NCBI GenBank assembly: GCA_016930515.1
Contig: JAFGGO010000109.1
Location: forward strand, 1-21,033
Direction of reading: 5' to 3'
Source: Promethearchaeota archaeon
GTDB taxonomy: Archaea; Asgardarchaeota; Lokiarchaeia; Sigyniarchaeales; SOKP01
DNA: 21,033 nt
The notes below the pieces were generated by a model. The model searched no databases. It was given only the letters and a program-made list of their open reading frames with translations, and was not told the DNA's origin. The stretch's first letter is position 1. Each line of letters begins with the position of its first letter. The position numbers and the translations under genes were made by a program. Below are positions 1 to 7,726 of the stretch, one piece after another.

Positions 1-3
1 CGA

Positions 4-759
4 TTGGAGCCAACAATGGGAATGAATTCAACCGTTTACAATATATTTGGAATTAATACCGCCGTATTTGACTTGGCTGGTCAGGAACTCGAGAACTGGC
101 TTACGAACGATCGATATGTGCTGAATAACGCTAATGTTGTTATTTGTGTGTTAGATGTGAACATGTATCTAAAAAAAATATATAATTTTTTAGAAAAGAT
201 ATTGAGAGTTTTAAACGATGTAAGAGATAGCAAGTTAATTGTATTTCTTCATAAATTTGATTCGATTGATAAATTATATGCGTATCACAAGCTAAAAGCA
301 TTAAATAATTTTGTTAATAAAAATTTAAATGATTTAATAGGACTTGAATCGTATTTGACTTCAATTACGAAAGAGTTTTTCTTTAAGACATTCAATATTG
401 TTTCTGATATATTCAAAAAATATATTTCATCAGAAGAATATTTTTACGATAATTCTAAAATCAAGAACTACAAGAATGACCTTAAAATATTGATGGAATA
501 TGATGTGGGTGTTGATATAGAAGTCTCATCTCTATTTTTTGATTTGGAATTGAAAACAAAAGAAGCGTTATTTCATCTTGAGAGATTGAAAAAAATGGGT
601 TTTGTAAAAATTATTAATACACATAATTTCTTTCTTACTGAAAAAATACGCTTCCTTAAGGTTGGATTTATAAAGAGTAACGCAATGATTGATGATACCA
701 ACACAGAATTTGAAAAAACACTCGAAAGTTTATATATATTCTCAAATTTTAAGTCGTAA
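4..759 (+). CDS. Small GTPase (Rag/Gtr1-like motifs) with C-terminal winged-helix-like domain; 5'-truncated by the window edge
   Basis: G2 'EPTMG', G3 'FDLAGQE', G4 'FLHKFD', G5 'TSI'. The P-loop is not in the window. C-terminal 'SLFFDLELKTKEALFHLERLKKMGFVKI' has a wHTH pattern. Confidence 0.8.
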   Translation: MEPTMGMNSTVYNIFGINTAVFDLAGQELENWLTNDRYVLNNANVVICVLDVNMYLKKIYNFLEKILRVLNDVRDSKLIVFLHKFDSIDKLYAYHKLKALNNFVNKNLNDLIGLESYLTSITKEFFFKTFNIVSDIFKKYISSEEYFYDNSKIKNYKNDLKILMEYDVGVDIEVSSLFFDLELKTKEALFHLERLKKMGFVKIINTHNFFLTEKIRFLKVGFIKSNAMIDDTNTEFEKTLESLYIFSNFKS

Positions 760-1032
760 TTAATTTTAAATATAAAAATAAAGAAAAGTTTTTGAAAGAA
801 ACTTCAAAAATAAATCAATTTGCTATAAAAATTTTTAATCTTAACTTAGTGATATTAAATATCCTTGATTCATTTAGATGATCAATAAATATTATAATTT
901 CTTTAACAATTTTCTTAGCACGAAAATAAAAGACTTTTTGTTATTGATTGATGATCGAAATCCAGATAACGCTTAAATCTTTTCTTTTACTTTATGACTA
1001 AACAATTTTAAGAATAATGTCTTTAAAAGAAG

Positions 1033-1608
1033 ATGAGAAAAGCCATCTGGATACTTCCAAGTAGGAAAACCTTAACAATGTTAATAGGTCTCCCTGGGTC
1101 GGGAAAGAGTACTTTAATCATGCGAATTATGAAAAAAGACGCTCGAGGCAGAATCGTGGTGTCTTCTGACGAGATAAGGTTTAGGTTATTAAATTATGAA
1201 GAATCTGGGCGTGATTTTGACCCTTCTATTGAAACTAAGGTATGGGCTCTGCTTGAAAAAGAGATCCAAGAAGCGCTCGAAAATCCTATTACGAAGGAAA
1301 TTCTTTTCGACGCCACGAATGTGAGACGAGAATTCAGGAGCAAATATTTAAATTTAGCAAGAGAAAGTGGGTTTAAAACCAAGGCTCTCGTAATTTATAA
1401 GGAGTTAACAGAAATAAAGCAACAAAACACGAATCGCTCGAGAATCGTTCCAGAAGAAGTGATCGATAAGCTTTACAAGAGATTCCAACCTCCCGACCAT
1501 ATAGAGTTTGATAAAATAGTGAATATAGGTTCTCGAAAAAAATATCTCGCTTTCCAAAAATGCAAAACCAAGAAACATTGTTTCTCAAGATTGATGGACT
1601 GGATGTGA
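1033..1608 (+). CDS. P-loop kinase, AAA_33/polynucleotide-kinase-like family
   Basis: Walker A 'LIGLPGSGKST', 'VSSDEIR', 'FDATN..R..R', lid 'RSRIVPEEVI'. The last ~20 codons are probably out of frame (see finding). Confidence 0.85.
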   Translation: MRKAIWILPSRKTLTMLIGLPGSGKSTLIMRIMKKDARGRIVVSSDEIRFRLLNYEESGRDFDPSIETKVWALLEKEIQEALENPITKEILFDATNVRREFRSKYLNLARESGFKTKALVIYKELTEIKQQNTNRSRIVPEEVIDKLYKRFQPPDHIEFDKIVNIGSRKKYLAFQKCKTKKHCFSRLMDWM

Positions 1609-1739
1609 TGAGCCTGCTTAAAATACCACAGAGCATGGTTATCACTGACATTGTTAAACGCATAAAGGAGCAAGTAAGTGAGGAAAAGACCAAAAACAAT
1701 CGCAAGAATTTACTAAAGCACCTTAATACGCAGAATTGA
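1560..1739 (+). CDS. 59-aa ORF in the -1 frame, resembling the C-terminal tail domain of CCA-adding/poly(A) polymerase-family proteins; probable frameshifted end of the kinase
   Basis: Manual translation MQNQETLFLKIDGLDVMSLLKIPQSMVITDIVKRIKEQVSEEKTKNNRKNLLKHLNTQN*. The frame is open from 1515. The 'L.I.G.D.M..L.I......I...' pattern was recognised by eye. Confidence 0.5.
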   Translation: MQNQETLFLKIDGLDVMSLLKIPQSMVITDIVKRIKEQVSEEKTKNNRKNLLKHLNTQN

Positions 1740-1929
1740 TACGAGCAAGACGATTTCTAATCTTGATTATGATGTTAATGATTTAATCTATAATTTAACA
1801 TTTAAATGAGGGAACAGAAAAATTTTTAATCAATAAAAAAAATATGTCTTAGAGAAATACCAAAATTGCGATATTAAAAATTCTTTTAAGAATCAGGAGT
1901 ATCCTACGATAAAGGGTTGTCGAAGTACC

Positions 1930-2625
1930 ATGAAACCGTGTAAAAAATGTAAGATTTTCCTCGCATTGCCAGGAAAAGAATATTGTTCGAGCTGTTATTC
2001 ACTAAAACTAGATATCACGCCTTGTCCAACAGGAATTGGGACTTTACAACAATCTCAAGAGATTTCCTCGAGTGATAATCTCGAAAAACAACAATTAGAA
2101 TTAATTGGAAACATAAATAAACAATCTCTTGAAAAAATTAATCCTAAGCTAGATAGTGTCGAATCAATAGAAAGCAAAATTAATGGAAAAATAGACCAAT
2201 TACTGATTTTCGTTGAAAGTCAGGTTAAATATCACGAGGAATTAAACCGAAATTTCGAAGCATTGACAAACGATCAAGATTATTTCAGCGATCTCATCAA
2301 TGAACACGATTCTCGAGGAGATTACGAGAATTCCTTCATGTTTCAACAACATTATCAAGAACTACAAGAAAAAATTGACTCTCTTCAATTGGAAATGCAA
2401 AGTGCTGTTGATGAAATTACAAATAATGTTTTAAAATTGCTCGAAGATCAAGAAATTGAGGAAAATTTCCTTAAAGACTGCCTTCAATCATACGATGGAA
2501 AAATCAAGCATTATTTGGTCGATTACCAAGAAAAGAAGCTGGAAAGAAGGGAACTTATTTCTAAAATATTAGAAAAAACAGGCTTGAACTCCGTAAAATT
2601 GTTAATCCGTCGTGAAAAACCTTAA
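1930..2625 (+). CDS. Hypothetical protein: N-terminal C4 zinc finger plus long acidic coiled coil
   Basis: CKKC-x11-CSSC at the N-terminus, followed by Q/E/L-rich heptad-like sequence. Confidence 0.65.
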   Translation: MKPCKKCKIFLALPGKEYCSSCYSLKLDITPCPTGIGTLQQSQEISSSDNLEKQQLELIGNINKQSLEKINPKLDSVESIESKINGKIDQLLIFVESQVKYHEELNRNFEALTNDQDYFSDLINEHDSRGDYENSFMFQQHYQELQEKIDSLQLEMQSAVDEITNNVLKLLEDQEIEENFLKDCLQSYDGKIKHYLVDYQEKKLERRELISKILEKTGLNSVKLLIRREKP

Positions 2626-2756
2626 AATTTAGTCTGATTATTTAAAGTTGAATTTTTATTACCTTGAATTTGAATATCTCAAAAAAAAATATCACATATG
2701 ATTTGATTAAATTTAATAATTCAAATGCTTTTGAAGTACCATCTCTTAACAAATCG

Positions 2757-3060
2757 TCACGCTTTTGATAGTATTTTTCGTAACCATTTTGGGAGTAAAA
2801 ACCCTAAATAAAAGAAGAAGATTACAATCAATAATATGATTTTTGAAACAACATTGAGAGCTATGAGTTCTAATGGACTAATAACTTCGATGATGAGCTG
2901 AACAAAAAATAACACGAAGGCTACCAATAGAAACCTTCCTTTCCATCGAACTGCAATATTATTTTCCCTGTTTATGGCTTTAATTGAAAAATGGATACCT
3001 GAAGCGCATCCTTACAAACGAAGAAAATAATGTAATTACATTTAAATAACTATTTTTTTT
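2757..3060 (-). pseudogene. C-terminal remnant of a multi-pass membrane protein (not in ORF track)
   Basis: 3011->2757 reads 84 sense codons: GCASGIHFSIKAINRENNIAVRWKGRFLLVAFVLFFVQLIIEVISPLELIALNVVSKIILLIVIFLLLFRVLLPKWLRKILSKA*. It is preceded by TAA. A hydrophobic 'YLNVITLFSSFV' lies upstream in an adjacent frame. There is no start codon at the beginning of the frame. Confidence 0.65.
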
Positions 3061-3224
3061 AATTTACCTCATTTATTACATTAAAGCTGGTTATAAATTT
3101 TTTAAGAATAAAACTCGTAATTTAATGGATAACACCGTAAAGAGTTAATTAATCGTTTTATTCCTTATTTCAATAACTTTATGTGTCAAAATACATTAAA
3201 AAAAAATCAAGAGAAATTAAAATC

Positions 3225-3917
3225 ATGTATGAATTAATATCGTTTGAAGATCTCAATAAAAGAATCGAGCAGGTGGATAATGCTTATTTTAAAAAAGTAT
3301 TCTCAGAACAAGCAAGTATTCTCAAGGCAAAAGAATGTTATATCCATCAAGGAGATCTTGAAGTTGATGGCGTGTTTGCTTCTGAAAAACAGATTCTTAT
3401 CGTTGATGGCAACCTCATCGTGAACGGCCTTTTTCTTGATCGCGTTCGAGGGCATTGGGATAGTTCTGTCCTAATCGTGTTAGGCGATGTGAACTGTACG
3501 AATTTATGCAATTCATATCATTCAGATATTTACATCTTAGGAAAGCTAAAAGTATCCGAGCTACTTTATTTATCAGCTCCAGATTCGATAACTCAGATAT
3601 TCAATTCAGTTGAAGCAAAATATATCAATGGAATGTGGATAACTGCTTACGATTCCGTGAAAGCGGATATTATTGAATCTTACATTCAGGACGGAATTAC
3701 TAAAAAGAAAAAGGTTATCAAGCCAAATCTCCAAGGTGTAAAACTTAGTCGAGTTTTAATTGACGATGTATTAAATTTCGAGGAATGGGATCAAATGGAC
3801 CAAGAAGAGCAGGAAGCCATGATTAATGATGCAAAAAGTAAATACGATTATTGTTTAATTGATGATAAAAAGCTTAAAGAAGTCCTTTCCCAAAGTAGAA
3901 CCGTCATTAAGAAATAA
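3225..3917 (+). CDS. Hypothetical protein with beta-helix-like (bactofilin/polymer-forming-like) repeats; ORF track starts at GTG 3183, ATG 3225 preferred
   Basis: Repeats 'HQGDLEVDG', 'LIVDGNLIVNG', 'LIVLGDVNCTNL', 'IYILGKLKVSEL', 'QIFNSVEAKYI'. Confidence 0.6.
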   Translation: MYELISFEDLNKRIEQVDNAYFKKVFSEQASILKAKECYIHQGDLEVDGVFASEKQILIVDGNLIVNGLFLDRVRGHWDSSVLIVLGDVNCTNLCNSYHSDIYILGKLKVSELLYLSAPDSITQIFNSVEAKYINGMWITAYDSVKADIIESYIQDGITKKKKVIKPNLQGVKLSRVLIDDVLNFEEWDQMDQEEQEAMINDAKSKYDYCLIDDKKLKEVLSQSRTVIKK

Positions 3918-3982
3918 ATTAGCAATTTATTTTTTTAAACCAGTAATTCATTATGCAGAATAAAAAAATAATTTATCTTCAA

Positions 3983-4583
3983 TTAAACACCCTTTTTCTT
4001 CAATTTTTCCTTATCGTAGTGAAATCGCTCTGTCGAAATACGATCTTTTTTTTTTCCGTTTTCTTTCTTTAAATTTTGAGGATCTATCAGTTTCTTGCAA
4101 ATTTCAATGCGGTTTTCCTCAAATTCCTTGTGAATTATATTATGAGTGAGCGAATTTCCAATCAAAATTCCACAAAAGCAAATTATGTATATAATTGAAG
4201 CAATCCATAAAAATCCAAAATCAATATCTGAAACGGAGGATTGTTTATAGATCGAATCAGGTCTATGAGAAAGAAAGATTGAAAAGGTAATGAGAAGAAT
4301 TATCAATATAAAGCAAGTTAAGGAGATGTAGAATGCTCAATTTATGGTATTTTCGCTATTATCGTATTTTTTTGCTTATCCTATTTAAGATTTGCTCATT
4401 TTTTGCGCTTAATATTTCTTGATGTTCTTTACATAATCCATTATGGTTGCACGGCGCTCATAATTTTTTCTTGCATACAACACATTGAAATATGGTTTTT
4501 GACCTTATTTCGAAATTACACGACTCGCAATTATACACATAGATAGGACTTTCGTATGGTTCGGGAATAAAACCGTCATTCAT
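3983..4583 (-). pseudogene. Disrupted zinc-finger plus 2-TM membrane protein; track ORF 3983..4306 is its 3' part
   Basis: ATG 4583: MNDGFIPEPYESPIYVYNCESCNFEIRSKTIFQCVVCKKKL*APCNHNGLCKEHQEILSAKNEQILNRISKK. A 1-nt shift at A7 (4367-4373) gives YDNSENTIN*AFYISLTCFILIILL..., joining the track ORF. In-frame TGA at 4458-4460 and 4337-4339. Confidence 0.75.
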
Positions 4584-4821
4584 ATGATTTTCTTTGAATT
4601 GATTTTGTATCTTTCAAATTAATAAGAATTATTTGCTTATTTAAGCATTAGCTTTATAAAATTTAAAGTACCTAAAAATTGTCGTGAATATGTTAAAACA
4701 AGTATCGTGAATAGCACGAGAATTTAAAAAATCCTTATAGGTATGATAAAGTGAAATTTAATTTATGTAAAATAAAGAAATAATAAGAAAAAAAATAATA
4801 TAGGAAAGATTGCTTGCCCGA

Positions 4822-6792
4822 TTACACTTTCATGTTTTTTCGGGCTGCCAGCAAGTCTTCTACGACGGACGGATCGGCCAAGGTGGTCGTGTTGCCAACA
4901 TCGTCTCCAGACGCTATGGCTTTCAAGATCCTTCTCATGATCTTTCCGCTTCTCGTCTTTGGTAAGGCGTCAGCGAATTGAACGACGTCTGGTTGGAACA
5001 CGGGTCCAATTTCTTTCCTGACGTGCATCTTGATTTCTTGCATCAAGGCGTCAGTCTTTTCAACACCCTTCATCAAGGTGACATATGCCCAGATGGCCTG
5101 ACCCTTGATTTCGTGTGGGAACGGAGCAACAGCCGCTTCTGCGACCTTTGGATGGCTTACGATGGCTGATTCGACTTCCATGGTTCCGATTCGGTGTCCG
5201 GATACCTTGATGACATCGTCGAGCCTGCCCAAGATCCAGTAGTAACCGTCTTCGTCTCGACGAGCGCCGTCTCCAGTATAGTAATATCCTGGATATCTGT
5301 TCAAGTAGGTCTCCTTGAATCGCTCGTCGTCGCCCCATACCGTTCGCAACATGCCTGGCCAGGGTTGAGCCATGCAGAAGTAGCCTCCCTCGTTTGCTTC
5401 GGTAACCTCTACGCCTTCAGTGTCGAAAATGATGGGTTTGATACCTAACGCTGGTAAGCAGCAAGAGCCTGGTTTTGTGGGCGTGGCCGTGGCGATGGGG
5501 GTCATGATGAATCCACCCGTTTCGGTTTGCCAATACGTGTCAACTATAGGGCATTTACCTTTTCCAACGACGTTGTGGTACCAGATCCACGCTTCGGGAT
5601 TGATTGGCTCGCCGACCGTGCCTAATACTCTCAATGAACTGAGGTCGTGCTTGAGCACGGGCTCGTCGCCGTTACCCATCAAGGCTCTGATGGCGGTAGG
5701 TGCGGTATAAAATTGCGTGACTTTGTGCTTTTCGCAAATATCCCAGAACCTGTCCACATCGGGGTAGGTTGGCACGCTTTCGAACATAAGGGTCGTGGCA
5801 CCGTTTGCGAGAGGACCGTAAACGATGTAACTGTGGCCAGTAATCCAACCAATGTCAGCTGTACAATACCACACATCTCCTTCCTTGTAGTTAAACACAT
5901 ATTTGTGCGTGAAAGAGGTATAAAGAATGTATCCTGCGGTGGTGTGCTTGACTCCTTTAGGCTTTCCAGTCGTACCGCTGGTGTAAAGGATGAATAAGGT
6001 ATCTTCGGAATCCATTTCTTCGCATGGACAATCTTCTGAAACGCCCGCAACGAAGTCATCATACATGATGTCTTTTTTAGTGTGTGGAACATCGCTTCCG
6101 GTGTGCTTTACGACTATCACGTGTTCGATGGTAGGACAATCGTCTATGATTTGGACAACATCTGTCATCTTGGGGTATTTCTTACCGCCCCTCAAGGTCT
6201 CGTCGCACGTGAATAACAAACGAGAGTTCGAGTCTTCAATCCTGTCTTTAACGGCTTCTTTTGAGAAACCACCAAATACGATTGAATGGATGACTCCAAT
6301 TCGAGCACAGGCCAACATGACGATTGCGAGCGAAGGAATCATTGGGAGCCAGATCGTGACTCGGTCTCCTTTTTTTAAGCCTAACTTTTTCATTCCATTT
6401 GCGCACTTGCTTATTTCCTTTTGAAGGTCGCTAAAGGTGAATTTCTGAACGTTTCCAGGTTCGTCAGCTTCAAAAATTAAGGCAACGTGATCGCCTTTTC
6501 CGTTTTTCACGTGTCGGTCGACGCAGTTATAGCAAACATTAAGTTTTCCGCCGGTAAACCACTTTCCTGGGAACATTTCCGATTTTTCCCATGCCTTATC
6601 GAAGGGCTTGAACCAATCGAGGGATTTAGCCTGTTCTGCCCAAAATCCTTCCATGTCATCGATGGATTGTTGCCATAATTTTTTGTATTCGTCGAAGGAC
6701 ATTCCGGTTTTTGCGTAGTCCGAATTTAAATCAACTGGGTTGAATTTTCGTCCTTCTTTGAGAATAGATTTTACTATCTTGTCATCTGACAT
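4822..6792 (-). CDS. acs: Acetyl-CoA synthetase (acetate--CoA ligase, AMP-forming); start ATG 6792 or GTG 6801
   Basis: 'ILYTSGTTGKPKGVKH', 'ADIGWITGHSY', 'TVGEPINPEAW', 'DTYWQTETGG', 'YYTGDGA', 'LPKTRSGKIMRR'. Confidence 0.97.
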   Translation of the reverse strand: MSDDKIVKSILKEGRKFNPVDLNSDYAKTGMSFDEYKKLWQQSIDDMEGFWAEQAKSLDWFKPFDKAWEKSEMFPGKWFTGGKLNVCYNCVDRHVKNGKGDHVALIFEADEPGNVQKFTFSDLQKEISKCANGMKKLGLKKGDRVTIWLPMIPSLAIVMLACARIGVIHSIVFGGFSKEAVKDRIEDSNSRLLFTCDETLRGGKKYPKMTDVVQIIDDCPTIEHVIVVKHTGSDVPHTKKDIMYDDFVAGVSEDCPCEEMDSEDTLFILYTSGTTGKPKGVKHTTAGYILYTSFTHKYVFNYKEGDVWYCTADIGWITGHSYIVYGPLANGATTLMFESVPTYPDVDRFWDICEKHKVTQFYTAPTAIRALMGNGDEPVLKHDLSSLRVLGTVGEPINPEAWIWYHNVVGKGKCPIVDTYWQTETGGFIMTPIATATPTKPGSCCLPALGIKPIIFDTEGVEVTEANEGGYFCMAQPWPGMLRTVWGDDERFKETYLNRYPGYYYTGDGARRDEDGYYWILGRLDDVIKVSGHRIGTMEVESAIVSHPKVAEAAVAPFPHEIKGQAIWAYVTLMKGVEKTDALMQEIKMHVRKEIGPVFQPDVVQFADALPKTRSGKIMRRILKAIASGDDVGNTTTLADPSVVEDLLAARKNMKV

Positions 6793-6922
6793 TTTTTTCA
6801 CTTTTTTGTGTTGTTTGAATTTAAATTCTTATTTTTCATTGAAATCAGAATGATATGAAAAATACGGTAGAAATTTTAAACTTTATCGATGTGCAATATT
6901 AAGAAAAAGGATTTCAAGCGCA

Positions 6923-7095
6923 ATATCGATATAATCGAAAAATTCGTTCCAAAAATTCTCAATACTCACGCCCTATATAGAACAAAATTCGCGGGATCGA
7001 ACACGAATCCTAATAAAATCTATTAAAAAATATTTGAGATACGCGCGATTACCGTTAAAATGTTGCGAAAGGAGTAACCATCGAAAAATTCGTTC
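6923..7095. promoter_or_regulatory. Putative operator pair in the divergent acs intergenic region
   Basis: Exact 16-bp direct repeat ATCGAAAAATTCGTTC at 6934-6949 and 7080-7095 (core CGAA-N3-TTCG dyad). Palindrome ATATCGATAT at 6923-6932. Confidence 0.55.
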
Positions 7096-7275
7096 AAATA
7101 TAATCATTTTTAGTATTAGAAATGATCGCGATCTGTTATTAGAATTAAAACAATCCCGTTAAAGGTTATTTATTATTCTCCTTTCAAGAACAATTAATTT
7201 CTTATAAGCCATATATTTTTCTTCACGCGTGAAATATTATTTATCACATCAAAACCGAGGGGGTGTAAAGAAAAA

Positions 7276-7512
7276 ATGAGTAAAAAATACGAACGTAAAA
7301 TAAAAAACTTAAAAGAGCACGAATATGATACAGAAATGCCCTTAGATCTGGAACACGATTACGATCGTGTAAAGGGTCGAGAAATAAAAGAGGAACCAAC
7401 ATTCATGACCAATTTTGAAGATAAAAATAAAAGTAGACGAAATTCCAAGGAATTTAAAAAAAAAATGCAAAGAATTCCAACGAAATTCGAAAAGAGTAAA
7501 AAAATTTGGTAA
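7276..7512 (+). CDS. Small Lys-rich, probably disordered hypothetical protein
   Basis: 78-aa ORF with 17 Lys, an acidic middle and basic ends. G-rich SD-like GAGGGGGTG lies upstream and T-rich sequence downstream. Confidence 0.65.
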   Translation: MSKKYERKIKNLKEHEYDTEMPLDLEHDYDRVKGREIKEEPTFMTNFEDKNKSRRNSKEFKKKMQRIPTKFEKSKKIW

Positions 7513-7726
7513 AATAAATTAAAGACCCAAATTTGATAATTATTTAAAAAAATTCTTTCTCTTTGGCCCTACAAGTACACTAATTAGAGTTGTATTAATT
7601 CGTTAATATCAAAAGATGATACATGAATAGAATATTATTTAACTGAAACTATTATATGTAACCTCATTTAATAATTCATATAATAGAACCAAATTTTACT
7701 GTAAATATAGAAATTTTATACATAGC

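Noticed and set aside
4458-4460. Selenoprotein interpretation of the in-frame TGA
   Set aside because: The same gene also needs a frameshift and readthrough of a second TGA at a non-Cys-like position, and no SECIS-like hairpin was seen downstream. Pseudogene is the simpler explanation.
4682-4719. TCGTGAATA direct repeat (4682, 4705) and TCGTG-N5-CACGA dyad
   Set aside because: Short, lies upstream of a pseudogene, and could be chance.
4978-6678. Numerous 60-144 aa ORFs overlapping acs on both strands
   Set aside because: Shadow frames of a GC-richer, strongly conserved gene; no motifs or independent signals.
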